From Gammaproteobacteria bacterium (lineage in GTDB: Bacteria > Pseudomonadota > Gammaproteobacteria > Eutrophobiales > Eutrophobiaceae): 64,000 bases of DNA. Location of the stretch: assembly GCA_965207165.1 (NCBI GenBank), contig OZ242265.1:2473225-2537224 (forward strand), written 5' to 3'. Below the pieces are notes generated by a model. That model worked only from the letters and a program-made list of their open reading frames with translations, was not told the origin of the DNA and made no database searches. Below, piece by piece: positions 10,886 through 22,514 of this stretch. The translations under genes were made by a program, and so were the position numbers. Numbering within the stretch: the first letter of the stretch is position 1; every line of letters begins with the position of its first letter.

Positions 10886-13576
10886 TCAGTTGAGTTTGCC
10901 ATGGCAGAACTTGAATTTCTTCCCGGAACCGCAGGGGCAGGGCTCATTACGGCCGATTTTCTTTTGATCGCGTATATAGGGTTTTTGCTGCTGGTTCTCA
11001 CCAGGTTTGTCCATGGCGCTGGGCGCGTCCGGATGATTGAACTGCATTTGCGCGGGCCTGGGCCGCCGTTGCAATACCTGTTCATCCTGATCCTCCCTGA
11101 CCTGTATTTTCGCCAGTATGGTAACGACGTCGTATTTGATGTTTTCCAGCATATCGCCAAACATGGAAAATGCTTCCTTCTTGTATTCCTGCTTGGGATT
11201 CTTTGCCGCGTATCCGCGCAACCCGATGCCTTGCCGCAGATGGTCCATCGCCACCAGGTGTTCTTTCCAATGCCGGTCCAGTGTGTCCAGCATCAAACCC
11301 TTTTCAACCCTGCGCACCAGATCCGGCGGCAGGTCGGCATGTCTTGTTTCCACTTCTTCGGCAACGGTCCCGGTAACCTTTGCGGTCAGCGCTTCTTCAT
11401 CCAGGGATGCATCCTCGTCCAGCCATTCCTGTATCGGCAAATGCACATTCAAGTCATTGGCCAGCGCATCCGCCAGGTCAGCGGTGTTCCACATTTCGTC
11501 CTGGCTGCCGGGGGGAATATGGTTTGCAAAAATACCTGTTACGACATCTTCCCGCATCGTCCGGATATCGGTAGAAACGTCGTCTCCTCCCAACAACTCG
11601 TTGCGCCATTCATAAATCACCTTGCGTTGATCATTTGCGACGTCATCGTATTCAAGTAAATGTTTACGGATATCGAAATTATGGGCCTCGACCTTCCGTT
11701 GGGCGTTTTCAATTGCCTTGGTAACCATGGTGGACTCAATGGCCTCACCCTCCTCCATTCCCAGCCTCTGCATGATGGAGGCCACCCGTTCCGAAGCGAA
11801 AATGCGCATCAGGTCATCCTCAAGGGAAATATAGAACCGGCTCGACCCCGGGTCGCCCTGGCGCCCGGAACGACCCCTTAACTGGTTGTCTATGCGCCTG
11901 GATTCGTGCCGTTCGGTACCGATAATGCGCAAGCCGCCATGGTCGACCACGCTCTTATGGCGTTTCTGCCAGGCCGCGCGAACCTTGTTTACGGCTGCTT
12001 CATCCGCGTCTCCCATACTCTTGATCTCCGCATCAAGGTTCCCGCCAAGCACGATGTCGGTACCCCGCCCGGCCATGTTGGTAGCTATCGTCACCGTCCC
12101 CGGCCGGCCGGCCTGGGCAATGATTTCGGCTTCCCTTTCGTGGTACTTGGCGTTCAGGACCTGGTGTTTTATCTTGTTCTTTTTCAGTTGGCCCGACAGG
12201 TATTCCGACACCTCTATGGTAACGGTGCCCACGAGGACAGGCTGGCCGTTCTCCTGGCAGGCCTTTATATCATCGGTGATGGCCGCGAACTTCTCCCTGG
12301 AAGTCAGGTATACCATATCCGGCTGATCGTCCCTGACCATCGGCAGGTGTGTGGGGACAACGACTACTTCCAGGCCGTATATCTGCTGGAATTCATACGC
12401 TTCGGTATCCGCCGTGCCCGTCATGCCGGCCAGCTTTTCATAAAGGCGAAAATAATTCTGGTAGGTGATGGTTGCCAGTGTCTGGTTTTCATTCTGGACA
12501 GGTACGTTTTCCTTGGCTTCTATAGCCTGGTGCAAACCGTCCGACCAGCGCCTGCCGGGCATGGTCCTGCCGGTGAATTCATCGACTATGACTACTTCGT
12601 TGTTCTGGACGATATAGTCGACGTTATTCTGAAACAGGGAATGCGCCCGCAGCGCCGAATTCATGTGGTGGAGAATGGGGATATTGGCCGGGTCATACAG
12701 ACTCATGCCCTGCTGCATGATACCGTTCTCCAGCAGCAATTTTTCCACCCGTTCATGGCCTGTTTCTGTCAGGTAAGCCTGCTTGCTTTTTTCATCAAGC
12801 ACATAATCGCCGCCATCCTCTTCCTCTTTCTGCAGCTTCAATCGAGGTACTATCCTGTTCATGCTCAGGTACAGGTCGGACCTGTCATCAACGCTTCCTG
12901 AAATGATAAGAGGTGTGCGCGCCTCATCGATAAGTATCGAATCCACCTCGTCGACTATTGCGAATTTCAGGTCCCGTTGCACCTGGTCGTCCCCGTGGAA
13001 CTTCATATTGTCCCGCAAGTAGTCGAAACCGAATTCATTATTGGTTCCGTAGGTAATATCGGCGGCGTAGGCCCGTTTCCGTTCGTCATTATTGAGGCCG
13101 GAAATGATCACGCCGGTCGTCATGCCCATGAAGGAATAGATTGCTCCCATCCATTCGGCATCACGCTGCGCCAGGTAATCGTTCACGGTAATAATGTGGA
13201 CGCCTGAGCCGGTCAGGGCGTTCAGATAAGCCGGCAACGTCGCCACCAGCGTCTTGCCTTCGCCGGTACGCATTTCCGCTATGTTTCCCCGGTTCAGCAC
13301 GATACCGCCTACCAGTTGCACGTCAAAGTGCCGCATATCCAGGGTTCTCCTGCCCGCTTCGCGTACCAGGGCAAACGCCTCCGGCAGGAGATCGTCCAGG
13401 CTTTCACCCTGGTCCCACCTGGATCTCAGTTCGATGGTTTTTTGCGGAAACTCGTTATCCTGGAGCCTGGTGACGTTATGCTCAAGTTCATTGATACTCG
13501 CAACGGTCTTTTGCATGCTCTTCAGGACGCGCGCATTCCTGCTGCCGAAGATTTTTGTGAATACAGTTTTGATCAC
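10886..13576 (-). CDS. secA: Preprotein translocase ATPase SecA
   Basis: 896 aa with DEAD-like motor motifs and a C-terminal zinc finger ([14 protein letters not shown]). Confidence 0.95.
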   Translation of the reverse strand: MIKTVFTKIFGSRNARVLKSMQKTVASINELEHNVTRLQDNEFPQKTIELRSRWDQGESLDDLLPEAFALVREAGRRTLDMRHFDVQLVGGIVLNRGNIAEMRTGEGKTLVATLPAYLNALTGSGVHIITVNDYLAQRDAEWMGAIYSFMGMTTGVIISGLNNDERKRAYAADITYGTNNEFGFDYLRDNMKFHGDDQVQRDLKFAIVDEVDSILIDEARTPLIISGSVDDRSDLYLSMNRIVPRLKLQKEEEDGGDYVLDEKSKQAYLTETGHERVEKLLLENGIMQQGMSLYDPANIPILHHMNSALRAHSLFQNNVDYIVQNNEVVIVDEFTGRTMPGRRWSDGLHQAIEAKENVPVQNENQTLATITYQNYFRLYEKLAGMTGTADTEAYEFQQIYGLEVVVVPTHLPMVRDDQPDMVYLTSREKFAAITDDIKACQENGQPVLVGTVTIEVSEYLSGQLKKNKIKHQVLNAKYHEREAEIIAQAGRPGTVTIATNMAGRGTDIVLGGNLDAEIKSMGDADEAAVNKVRAAWQKRHKSVVDHGGLRIIGTERHESRRIDNQLRGRSGRQGDPGSSRFYISLEDDLMRIFASERVASIMQRLGMEEGEAIESTMVTKAIENAQRKVEAHNFDIRKHLLEYDDVANDQRKVIYEWRNELLGGDDVSTDIRTMREDVVTGIFANHIPPGSQDEMWNTADLADALANDLNVHLPIQEWLDEDASLDEEALTAKVTGTVAEEVETRHADLPPDLVRRVEKGLMLDTLDRHWKEHLVAMDHLRQGIGLRGYAAKNPKQEYKKEAFSMFGDMLENIKYDVVTILAKIQVREDQDEQVLQRRPRPAQMQFNHPDAPSAMDKPGENQQQKPYIRDQKKIGRNEPCPCGSGKKFKFCHGKLN

Positions 13577-13669
13577 GTGGACAATCCGGGTTAGTACAGC
13601 ACAGTAACGCTACAAACGCCTGGAGAGGCGTTGGCTGATTAAAACAGAACGGCCGAAAAAAATAAAGGA

Positions 13670-14563
13670 TTACTGCAAAGAAATGTAGTTGCGGGGGTTG
13701 ATATGCCGGCCGTTTCTGACAACTTCGAAATGGACATGGGTGCCGGTGCTGCGCCCGGTACTGCCCATGATCGCGATCATTTCTCCTTTCTCGACCCTTT
13801 CCCCGGCATTGACAAGATTTTCCTTGTTATGGGCGTACCGGGTGACGTAACCGTTACCATGACTGATTTCAATCAGGTTGCCATATCCCTGGTTCGGACC
13901 CGACCAAGTCACGATGCCTGATGCGACGGAGGTAACCGGCATCCCCGATCTGCCTGCCAGATCAAGCCCCAGGTGAAACTCCCTGTTGCCGGATATCGGG
14001 TCGGTCCTGTAGCCGAATAATGATGAAACCCAGCCGCCCTCGGCGGGGTTGCCCAGGGGTCTGGTCTGATCCTGCAGGCTTCTTCCCATCAGCATGGATT
14101 CCATTGCAGACAACTTATCCTCACGATCCTGCAGAGCCCGGTCCAGTTTATTGAGGGAAATGAGGAATTCCATATCCGACACCCTTCCTGAATCGTCGTT
14201 GAGCATGGTTTGCGGTCCGCCGATACCCGGTGGATTATCAATGCCGAATTCCATGTCATCCAGCTGCGCCATCCGGGCGAGCCGGGTTCCCAGCGCATCC
14301 AGCCGCATGACATGGCCCTGCAACAAACTCAGCCTGCCCACCATTGCGTTTATGGCAGTTTCCGTGTCCGTCTTGACATCCTCCAGGGCCTGCAGTTCAC
14401 CCTCGACGAAACGTTTATCCAGGTAGGCGCGGCCCATGTCGGAAACGGTAACGGCGAGTGCGGCAAACAAACCCAGAACAACAGTACAGGTCCAGACGTT
14501 CAAAGATAGCCTCAGGGCCTTCTTTCTTTCGTTCAGAAAGATTATGATCTTCATATGCCGCAA
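13670..14563 (-). CDS. M23 family metallopeptidase (murein hydrolase or activator)
   Basis: C-terminal HxGxD…H.H LytM motifs (FHLGLDLAG…GTHVHFEV). Occupies the same position as PA4404, between secA and lpxC. Confidence 0.8.
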   Translation of the reverse strand: MRHMKIIIFLNERKKALRLSLNVWTCTVVLGLFAALAVTVSDMGRAYLDKRFVEGELQALEDVKTDTETAINAMVGRLSLLQGHVMRLDALGTRLARMAQLDDMEFGIDNPPGIGGPQTMLNDDSGRVSDMEFLISLNKLDRALQDREDKLSAMESMLMGRSLQDQTRPLGNPAEGGWVSSLFGYRTDPISGNREFHLGLDLAGRSGMPVTSVASGIVTWSGPNQGYGNLIEISHGNGYVTRYAHNKENLVNAGERVEKGEMIAIMGSTGRSTGTHVHFEVVRNGRHINPRNYISLQ

Positions 14564-14568
14564 CCCGT

Positions 14569-15027
14569 TTGCTTTTTAAGATAATGGTTATAAATACCAC
14601 AAAACCTATCGGTACGATATCGGACTTCCTTGTATCTTCGGACAGACTCTCACAGATCTGTAACCATATCAAAAAACTCAATGGACTACAAATCAAACTG
14701 GGCGAGTTTCTCGGCAATCCGCTGGCTGAACACGTTGCAGTTGCCGACTACCGGCAGAACACCCTTGTCCTGCATACCGACAGCGCCGCCTGGGCGGCTA
14801 AATTACGTTACGGCACCCCCGAAATTCTGGCAGCTTTCACAGGCGAACTGCCGGGACTCCGGACAGTCCGCATCAAGGTAGTACCCTCCGAGACGCTGAT
14901 GCGGACCACGCGTCAAGTGCTCAAAGTCTCACCGGGCACCGCCGAGGGCATTCGCCAGGTTGCCGACCAGATCGCGGATACGGCGCTCCGGTCCACATTA
15001 CACAGCATCGCGGATAAACTGGGCTAG
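14569..15027 (+). CDS. dciA: DUF721 / DciA-like protein (ancestral replicative helicase operator); the start is uncertain (TTG at 14569 or ATG at 14584)
   Basis: About 150 aa with the DUF721 signature (…C.V..y..g.L.L..dSaaWA..LR…R.kVvP). Occupies the same position as PA4405, between lpxC and the M23 peptidase. Confidence 0.5.
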   Translation: MLFKIMVINTTKPIGTISDFLVSSDRLSQICNHIKKLNGLQIKLGEFLGNPLAEHVAVADYRQNTLVLHTDSAAWAAKLRYGTPEILAAFTGELPGLRTVRIKVVPSETLMRTTRQVLKVSPGTAEGIRQVADQIADTALRSTLHSIADKLG

Positions 15028-15029
15028 AA

Positions 15030-15947
15030 TTACAGACCCACGGACGCCAGCGGCCGGATATAGGATACCGAAGGGGCGACATCTTCTCCGAAATTAACGA
15101 TTTCCCAGGCATCGCGGGCGAGGGTCAGCTTGCGTAACAGCTGGTTATTCAGTTCATGTCCTGATTTATACCCCTGGTATGAACCGATCAGATTATGACC
15201 GAGGAGATATAAATCACCTATGGCATCAAGAATTTTGTGCCTGACACACTCATCCTGGTAGCGCAGGCCCTCTTCATTGACGACCTGTTCGTTATCAACA
15301 ACGATAGCGTTGTCCAGGCTCCCTCCCAGAATCAGGTTCTTCTTTCGTAAAAAATCAAAATCCTTCATGAATCCGAAGGTCCTGGCGCGGCAGACCTCCT
15401 TGACAAACGACGTAGTTGAAAAATCGATTTCGGCACGGCAATACCTGTCCTGAAAAACAGGATGGTCGAACTGGATGGTGAAACCGACCTTGAACCCGTC
15501 ATAAGGCTCAAGCATTGCCCATTTATCGCCGTCTTCAACGCGCAATTCCTTTTTTATCCGGAGAAAGCACTTTTCCTCATCCTGTTCCTGTACTCCCGCG
15601 GATTGAATCAGGAAAACGAAAGGTCCGGCGCTGCCGTCCATAATCGGTACTTCTTCGGCGCTCACATCGATATAGGCATTATCGATACTGAATCCGGCAA
15701 GAGCCGACAACAGGTGTTCCACCGTGGAGATACTGAATCCATCCTTGACCAGCGTCGTAGACAACTGTGTGTTTCCCACGTTAGCCATGTGTGCAGGAAT
15801 GGCCGCCGGTGGATCCTGGTCAACCCGGCGGAAGATTATTCCCGTGTTCACCGTTGCCGGACGTATGGTGATATTGGCTTTCTTGCCCGTATGCAGCCCG
15901 ACTCCCTGCGCCCGGATCGAGTTCTTGAGTGTGCGCTGCCTGATCAC
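15030..15947 (-). CDS. lpxC: UDP-3-O-acyl-N-acetylglucosamine deacetylase LpxC
   Basis: 305 aa starting MIRQRTLK. Highly conserved LpxC sequence located after ftsZ. Confidence 0.95.
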   Translation of the reverse strand: MIRQRTLKNSIRAQGVGLHTGKKANITIRPATVNTGIIFRRVDQDPPAAIPAHMANVGNTQLSTTLVKDGFSISTVEHLLSALAGFSIDNAYIDVSAEEVPIMDGSAGPFVFLIQSAGVQEQDEEKCFLRIKKELRVEDGDKWAMLEPYDGFKVGFTIQFDHPVFQDRYCRAEIDFSTTSFVKEVCRARTFGFMKDFDFLRKKNLILGGSLDNAIVVDNEQVVNEEGLRYQDECVRHKILDAIGDLYLLGHNLIGSYQGYKSGHELNNQLLRKLTLARDAWEIVNFGEDVAPSVSYIRPLASVGL

Positions 15948-15948
15948 G

Positions 15949-17091
15949 CTAATCGGCCTGACGCCTCAGAAAAGCAGGAATCTCAAGAAATTCAGGATCG
16001 TCTCGGACCGGGGTCATGTCAGTACTGGCGGCTTTGTTACGCATTACCGTGGGGCGGTCGAGTATATCATAGTCCATGTTCTCGGCGCCACCCGCACCCG
16101 CCGCGACCAGCTTTGGCCGCGCGACTTCCTCACCGGGCTGGCTGAGTCCGGTAGCGACGATGGTTACCCATAACTCACCACTGAGCTCAGGGTTAAGTAC
16201 GGTACCTATAACCACAGTCGCTTCTTCGGCAGCAACCGTCCGGATGATATTGCCCACTTCATTAAACTCGCCTATACCAAAATCCATCCCGGCAGTGATA
16301 TTGGCGAGTATCCCCTTGGCGCCGGACAGGTCTATGTGTTCCAGTAAAGGACTGCTTATGGCAGCCTCGGTCGCGACCTTGGCGCGGTCTTCACCCTGGG
16401 CTTTCCCGGACCCCATCATCGCCATACCCATCTCTCCCATTACGGTTTTGACGTCCGCAAAGTCGACGTTGATCAAGCCCTGACACGTTATTACCTGGGC
16501 AATACCCTGGACTGCTCCAAGGAGTACATCGTCGGCGGATTCAAATGCATTTATCAGGGGCACATCCGAACCCAGTACATCAACCAGCTTGTCGTTAGGC
16601 ACCGTGATCAGTGAATCGACGTACTGGCTGAGTTCGCGGATCCCGTTATTCGCAATATCAGCCCGTTTTCTGCCTTCAAAAGAGAATGGTTTGGTCACCA
16701 CCGCCACGGTCAGGATGCCCATTTCCTTTGCCACCTGCGCGACAATCGGCGCGGCCCCGGTTCCCGTGCCTCCACCCATACCGGCCGTGATGAATATCAT
16801 GTCCGCGCCGTCCAGGATATCCATTATCCTGTCCCTGTCTTCCAACGCTGATTGACGCCCGACTTCCGGGTCGGCGCCTGCGCCCAGACCATGGGTGATA
16901 GTGTTGCCAAGCTGTAGGAGATTGCGCGCGTTCGAGGCTGTCAGCGCCTGGGCATCCGTATTGGCACAGATGAATTCAACGCCCTCTATCTCGGCCTTCA
17001 GCATGTGGTTAACGGCATTGCCGCCGCCGCCGCCGACTCCGATTACTTTTATTACCGCCGTCTGATTTGCGGTCTCGACAAGTTCAAACAT
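15949..17091 (-). CDS. ftsZ: Cell division GTPase FtsZ
   Basis: Tubulin signature GGGTGTG and T7 loop, 380 aa. Confidence 0.95.
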   Translation of the reverse strand: MFELVETANQTAVIKVIGVGGGGGNAVNHMLKAEIEGVEFICANTDAQALTASNARNLLQLGNTITHGLGAGADPEVGRQSALEDRDRIMDILDGADMIFITAGMGGGTGTGAAPIVAQVAKEMGILTVAVVTKPFSFEGRKRADIANNGIRELSQYVDSLITVPNDKLVDVLGSDVPLINAFESADDVLLGAVQGIAQVITCQGLINVDFADVKTVMGEMGMAMMGSGKAQGEDRAKVATEAAISSPLLEHIDLSGAKGILANITAGMDFGIGEFNEVGNIIRTVAAEEATVVIGTVLNPELSGELWVTIVATGLSQPGEEVARPKLVAAGAGGAENMDYDILDRPTVMRNKAASTDMTPVRDDPEFLEIPAFLRRQAD

Positions 17092-17121
17092 TTTATTTTC
17101 CTCCGGAATTTTAAAAATTTG

Positions 17122-18342
17122 CTAAACGCTACCCTGAAACCAACTCTTCATTCTTTTCCAGACACTGGTCGCCCCGCTGTCAATACGCCGTGAAGGGGTG
17201 CGATCCTGTTGTTGCCGCAAGCCGTACAACAGAAGCCCCACACCGGTTGCGTAGATCGGATTTTTTATTAACTCGACCAGGCCTTTGACGTTCTGCGGTG
17301 TTCCCACCCGGACAGGTACGTGAAAAACCTCTTCGGCCAATTCGACGACACCTTGCATATTGGAACTGCCGCCGGTCAGCACTATGCCGGCTACGATTTG
17401 CCTCTCATAACCGCTGCGTCTCAATTCTGCCTGCACCAGGGAAAACAATTCTTCATAGCGGGGTTCGACGACTTCCGCGAGTGTCTGCCTTGACATCCTG
17501 CGCATTGGGCGGTTGCCTACACTGGGGACTTCTACGGTCTCGTCGGAATTTGCCAATTGCGCCAGCGCACAGGCGTGTTGCACCTTTATCTCCTCGGCAT
17601 TTTGAGTCGGGGTACGCAAGGCAACGGCTATATCGTTGGTGACCTGGTCTCCGGCTATGGGAATCACCGATGTATGGCTGATTGCGCCGTTGGTAAAAAC
17701 GGCCAGGTCAGTCGTTCCGCCACCGATATCCACCAGGCAGACACCCAGGTCCTTTTCGTCTTCCGTCAATACCGAGTAACTCGACGCCAGTTGCTCCAGA
17801 ACAATATCGTCTGCCTCCAGGCCGCAACGGCGCACGCATTTGATGATGTTCTGGGCCGCGCTGACCGAACCCGTCACTATGTGTACCTTCGCTTCCAGCC
17901 GGACGCCGGACATGCCTATAGGCTCTTTTATGCCTTCCTGTCCGTCGATGATGAAATCCCTGGGAATAATATGCAGTATCTTCTGGTCTGCAGGTATGGC
18001 GACGGCCCGTGCCGCGTCAATAACCCTCTCTATGTCGCCGGCCGTCACTTCGTTGTCACGGATCGCAACAATTCCATGGGAATTCAGACTGCGGATATGG
18101 TTACCGGCAATCCCGGTAAATACCGCGTGGATATTGCATCCCGCCATCAACTCGGCTTCCTGTATGGCGCTCTGGATGGTCTGTACCGTCGATTCGATAT
18201 TTACCACCACCCCTTTTTTCAACCCCCGTGACCGGCACGACCCTAGGCCGATGATTTCGATCTCGTTTTCCGCGGATACTTCCGCAACTATCGAGACGAC
18301 TTTCGAAGTACCGATATCTAGTCCAACAATTAAATTAGTCAT
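17122..18342 (-). CDS. ftsA: Cell division protein FtsA
   Basis: Actin-like ATPase of 406 aa located between ftsQ and ftsZ. Confidence 0.95.
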   Translation of the reverse strand: MTNLIVGLDIGTSKVVSIVAEVSAENEIEIIGLGSCRSRGLKKGVVVNIESTVQTIQSAIQEAELMAGCNIHAVFTGIAGNHIRSLNSHGIVAIRDNEVTAGDIERVIDAARAVAIPADQKILHIIPRDFIIDGQEGIKEPIGMSGVRLEAKVHIVTGSVSAAQNIIKCVRRCGLEADDIVLEQLASSYSVLTEDEKDLGVCLVDIGGGTTDLAVFTNGAISHTSVIPIAGDQVTNDIAVALRTPTQNAEEIKVQHACALAQLANSDETVEVPSVGNRPMRRMSRQTLAEVVEPRYEELFSLVQAELRRSGYERQIVAGIVLTGGSSNMQGVVELAEEVFHVPVRVGTPQNVKGLVELIKNPIYATGVGLLLYGLRQQQDRTPSRRIDSGATSVWKRMKSWFQGSV

Positions 18343-18405
18343 CTACACTCACCCGGAAACAATCGTTTAAGCCTGTGCTCCTCATCACCTGTCGGGAGCT
18401 CCAGG

Positions 18406-19164
18406 CTAAGACTTCCCTGTCCATTTGACCGCAAAGCCGTTCGTGTACCTCATGTCAATCGATTTTGCCTGGTATAACCTGTCGGCCTGGTATGGGACTG
18501 CAAAATCGAAAAATCGGCTGAACCTGCCTTCCACATCCTTCTTTCCCAGCAGGACGACCGGACCGTCCGCCAGCCTGAACTGCCAGGCTCTCCTTTCCGT
18601 CAGCACCAGCATGTCGATCTCCATGTCCCAGCGCTTCAGTTCCGATCTCAGAAATTCGTATTTATCCAATACCGTCTCTTCACTACCCCGCGGTCCGCTC
18701 AGAAACGGCAGCCCCGGAGGGAAGGACGCTTCCGCTGGAGAAAAAACGGCTGCCTCGTTGCTGATCAAGGCGTTACTGCCCCACCGGGCCACAGGTTCAT
18801 GTTCCGTTATAAAAATCATCAGGCTGTCCGGCCACACCCGCCTGACAATAACCGCGGCGATCCATTCCTCCCGCAGTAATTCCCGCTTTACGCCTGCGAC
18901 GTTCACGGTAATAAAACCGCCCTGGATAACCTGCGCCGCCTTTTTTTCCAGCTCTGCAGGAGAGAGGTGTACGAAATTACCGGATATCTCTACGTGTCTT
19001 ATCGGCAGGATTTCCGACGCCGGAAATTTCTGCCAGAAATACAGCACCAGACCGATACACGTTGTCATGACCAGGATCCTGAACAGGTAATTTTTCGAGT
19101 TAGCGGCTTCCATACCGGCGTCTGCCGCCATATCGTTGTCCATATGCAGGTAGGCCTGGGTCAT
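18406..19164 (-). CDS. ftsQ: Cell division protein FtsQ; the internal ATG at 19164 is preferred, and the listed ORF extends by TTG to 19254 over the end of ddl
   Basis: N-terminal transmembrane segment plus POTRA and beta domains. Sits in the ddl-ftsQ-ftsA order. Confidence 0.75.
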   Translation of the reverse strand: MTQAYLHMDNDMAADAGMEAANSKNYLFRILVMTTCIGLVLYFWQKFPASEILPIRHVEISGNFVHLSPAELEKKAAQVIQGGFITVNVAGVKRELLREEWIAAVIVRRVWPDSLMIFITEHEPVARWGSNALISNEAAVFSPAEASFPPGLPFLSGPRGSEETVLDKYEFLRSELKRWDMEIDMLVLTERRAWQFRLADGPVVLLGKKDVEGRFSRFFDFAVPYQADRLYQAKSIDMRYTNGFAVKWTGKS

Positions 19165-19234
19165 TGCGCACCTCCATGTGCGCAACCCGTTCGGGCGGCC
19201 TGCGGCCGTGCAAATCGTCTTTCCTGACGATTTG

Positions 19235-20161
19235 TCATAGCGCACTCGTATCAAGCACCTGCAGGACCAGGCTGTCGAAATCCATGCCTGCCTGCCGGGC
19301 AGCCATGGGCACCAGGCTGTGATCAGTCATACCCGGAACCGTGTTGGCATCGATCAGGTAGGGCCGTTCGTTTTCGTCCAGCAGGATGTCAACCCTGCCC
19401 CAACCGCCGGCACCGATGGCATCGAACGCCTTCAGCGCCAGGCCGGCCATCTCATCTTCCGTCTCCTGCGCAAGGCCGCAGGGGCAAAGATAGCGGGTAT
19501 CGTCATCCAGATATTTTGCGTGGTAGTCATAAAAATCCCGCTCCGTTTCAATCTTGATCGCCGGGAGGGCATGACCGTTCAATATGCCCACGGTGTAATC
19601 ACCACCCTGGACCCACCGCTCACACATCACTTTATCGTCGTACCTTGTTGCATTAAGCCATGCCTCTTTCAGTCCCTGCGCGACGACCACCTTGGCGGCG
19701 CCGAGACTGGAACCTTCGTGTACCGGTTTCATCATGAGCGGCAGACCCAGTTCCTGCGCGGCGGCGTGCAGATCCTCTTCAGCGCGGATCAGTCTGAACT
19801 CGGGAGTCGGCAGGCCCAGTCTTTGCCATATCCACTTGCATCTCACCTTGTCCATGGACAGGGCTGAACCCAGTACGCGGCTCCCCGTATAGGGCAGACC
19901 CAGGGCCTCGAGGGCGCCCTGGATGACACCGTCTTCACCACCGCGCCCGTGCAGCGCGTTGAACACGCGGTCAAAATCGCCTTCGACCAGGTCGCTTACC
20001 ACCGTATCACCCGCATCGATTTCCCACGCATCAACACCCTGGCGGCGCAGGGCTGCCAGGATCGTCATACCCGTCTGCAGGGAGATATCCCGCTCCGCCG
20101 AGCGGCCTCCCATGAGCACGGCGACTTTTCCGTAATGCCTGTTTCTTGATTGCTCGTCCAA
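19235..20161 (-). CDS. ddl: D-alanine--D-alanine ligase
   Basis: ATP-grasp fold, 308 aa, N-terminus …KVAVLMGGRSAEREISL…. Confidence 0.9.
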   Translation of the reverse strand: MDEQSRNRHYGKVAVLMGGRSAERDISLQTGMTILAALRRQGVDAWEIDAGDTVVSDLVEGDFDRVFNALHGRGGEDGVIQGALEALGLPYTGSRVLGSALSMDKVRCKWIWQRLGLPTPEFRLIRAEEDLHAAAQELGLPLMMKPVHEGSSLGAAKVVVAQGLKEAWLNATRYDDKVMCERWVQGGDYTVGILNGHALPAIKIETERDFYDYHAKYLDDDTRYLCPCGLAQETEDEMAGLALKAFDAIGAGGWGRVDILLDENERPYLIDANTVPGMTDHSLVPMAARQAGMDFDSLVLQVLDTSAL

Positions 20162-20173
20162 ACCAGTGCCTCG

Positions 20174-21106
20174 TTACGCTTCACCGATGATTCTTACTTC
20201 CGGAACCAACCTGGTGCCGGTCATTTCTTCTACCGCCGCCTGCACCTGTAAAATCAGGGTTTCAATATCGGCGGCGCTGGCCCGGCCGTCATTGATGATG
20301 AAATTCGCGTGTTTTTCGGACACATGGGCATCACCGACCGCGAGACCTTTCAAACCGCATTGCTCGACCAGGCGTCCGGCGAAATCATCCGCCGGATTTT
20401 TGAATACCGAACCGCAACTGAACCGGCCTGTCGGCTGGGTCTCGGCCCTTCTCGCCAACAGTTCCCTGATGTGCGCTTCCGCTTTACCGTCCGCGTCCCT
20501 GTCAAGCCTGAATACCACGTTGAGGAACCATTCGTCCTGCGCCAGGTCGACCTGGCGGTAGCCGACCGCAAAGTCCGCGCCGGTTCTTTTCCCGCGCACA
20601 CCTTTGCGCGTCACCGTCTCCACCTGTTCCACGATACTCCAGGTCTCGGAGCCGAAGGCGCCGGCATTCATGGTCAGGGCGCCTCCCACCGATCCCGGGA
20701 TCCCTGCCAGGAATTCGGCGCCGGTCAACCCGGATTTTGCGCTGAACCGGGCAACTTTTGCGCAGGCCGTGCCGCAACCTGCCGACACCCTGTTGTCCGG
20801 GAGCAATGCAAGTTTGTCTCTCATTCCGGAGGACGCAACGACAGTGCCCCTGATGCCGCCGTCCCGCACCAGCACGTTACTGCCGAGACCAATCCAGGTA
20901 ACGGGTTCGTCATCCGGCAATGCCGCGAGAAAACGGACCAGGTCGTCTTCGCCGGCAGGGATATAAAACCGGTCTGCCGGACCTCCGACTTTCCAGGACG
21001 TATGCCTGGACATCACCTCGTCCTGTTTCAACAGGCCGCGCGCCTGCGGTTTCGCAGCAGGCTTATCCGGATGTGCAGGAAGCGTTTCCATAAGCATCTC
21101 AATCAC
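20174..21106 (-). CDS. murB: UDP-N-acetylenolpyruvoylglucosamine reductase MurB
   Basis: FAD-binding MurB motifs (GLGSNVLVRDGG). Confidence 0.85.
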   Translation of the reverse strand: MIEMLMETLPAHPDKPAAKPQARGLLKQDEVMSRHTSWKVGGPADRFYIPAGEDDLVRFLAALPDDEPVTWIGLGSNVLVRDGGIRGTVVASSGMRDKLALLPDNRVSAGCGTACAKVARFSAKSGLTGAEFLAGIPGSVGGALTMNAGAFGSETWSIVEQVETVTRKGVRGKRTGADFAVGYRQVDLAQDEWFLNVVFRLDRDADGKAEAHIRELLARRAETQPTGRFSCGSVFKNPADDFAGRLVEQCGLKGLAVGDAHVSEKHANFIINDGRASAADIETLILQVQAAVEEMTGTRLVPEVRIIGEA

Positions 21107-22514
21107 CCTTTTTGCCGTATGACTCCAGCAACCGGCCGCCCAGCCCGCTTATGTCGCCCGCACCCAGCAACAGCAGGATATCGCCATGCTCGGTGACATT
21201 TTCCAGCACCGCAAGCAATTCAGTATCGTTGCCCACCAGTATCGGTTCCACCTCGCCCCTGACCCTCAGCGCCCGGCTCAGGGAGCGGCTGTCGGCGCCT
21301 TTGATAGGCCGTTCACCCGCGGGATAGACATCGAGCATGATCAATGTGCTGAGCCCGGACAACACCTGGCAGAACTCCTCGAACAGGTCCCGGGTACGGG
21401 TATACCGGTGCGGCTGGAACACGACAACAACATTGCGCCCGGGCCAGCCCTCGGCCACCGCGTTGGCGATGGCGCTTATTTCACTGGGATGATGGGCATA
21501 GTCGTCGATAAGCAGCACGGTCTTGCCGTCGATGTGGATATCCCCCAGGATCGAACTCCTGCGGGCTATACCCTGGAAATTAGCCAACCCGGCGCTGATT
21601 GCCTGTTTCGACACACCCAGTTCTGTTGCCATTGCCACGGCCGCCAGGGCATTCAGGACGTTATGCCGGCCCGGCAGGTTCAACGTTACCCGGAAAGTAT
21701 CGTCCCCGCTGCCATGCACTACATTGAAACGGGTGGTTGCTCCCTCGTACTCGATAGATTCCGCCCGGTAATCTGCGTCGGAATCGATCCCGTACGTGAC
21801 ATAAGGCCTGTTTATGTGTGTGAGTATCTCCCGAATACCTGCGTCATCGTTGCAAATGACCACCAGGCCGTAAAACGGCAGGCAGTGCAGAAAATCGATA
21901 AAGTTGTTTTGCAGGGCCTTGTAACTGCCGCCGCAGTACTCAAGGTGATCCAGGTCGATATTCGTCAGTACCGCATAGACGGGTTGCAGGTGCAGAAACG
22001 AAGCATCGCTCTCATCCGCCTCGGCTACCAGGTATTTGCCCTTGCCCAGCCGCGCATGGGACCCCGTCATATTCAGGCGCCCGCCGATGATGTAGGTCGG
22101 GTCGAACATCCCTTCCGCCAGCAGGTTGGCAATCAGGCTGGTGGTTGTGGTTTTGCCATGGGTGCCTGCCACCGCTATTCCTTCCCTGAAACGCATCAAT
22201 TCCGACAGCATCTCCGCCCGGGGAATGATCGGTATGCGCTGTTTGCGCGCGGCCGACAACTCTGGATTATTACCGGGGATGGCGCTCGAATAGACGACAA
22301 CGTCGCTGCCGTTCACACACTCCTCCTGGTGTTCAAACCGGACCTCAACTCCCATATCGGCAAGACGCTGCGTAGAAGACCCCGGGTTAAGGTCCGTGCC
22401 TGATACCGAATAACCCAGGTTATGCAGGACCTCGGCTATGCCGCTCATACCGGCGCCGCCGATACCGATAAAATGGATATGCCTGACGCGGCGCATGTTG
22501 TGTCCTTCAGGCAT
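21099..22514 (-). CDS. murC: UDP-N-acetylmuramate--L-alanine ligase MurC (start at MPEGHNMRRVRHIHF, overlapping the murG stop)
   Basis: MRRVRHIHFIGIGGAGMSGIAEVL is near-identical to the E. coli and Pseudomonas MurC N-termini. Confidence 0.9.
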   Translation of the reverse strand: MPEGHNMRRVRHIHFIGIGGAGMSGIAEVLHNLGYSVSGTDLNPGSSTQRLADMGVEVRFEHQEECVNGSDVVVYSSAIPGNNPELSAARKQRIPIIPRAEMLSELMRFREGIAVAGTHGKTTTTSLIANLLAEGMFDPTYIIGGRLNMTGSHARLGKGKYLVAEADESDASFLHLQPVYAVLTNIDLDHLEYCGGSYKALQNNFIDFLHCLPFYGLVVICNDDAGIREILTHINRPYVTYGIDSDADYRAESIEYEGATTRFNVVHGSGDDTFRVTLNLPGRHNVLNALAAVAMATELGVSKQAISAGLANFQGIARRSSILGDIHIDGKTVLLIDDYAHHPSEISAIANAVAEGWPGRNVVVVFQPHRYTRTRDLFEEFCQVLSGLSTLIMLDVYPAGERPIKGADSRSLSRALRVRGEVEPILVGNDTELLAVLENVTEHGDILLLLGAGDISGLGGRLLESYGKKGD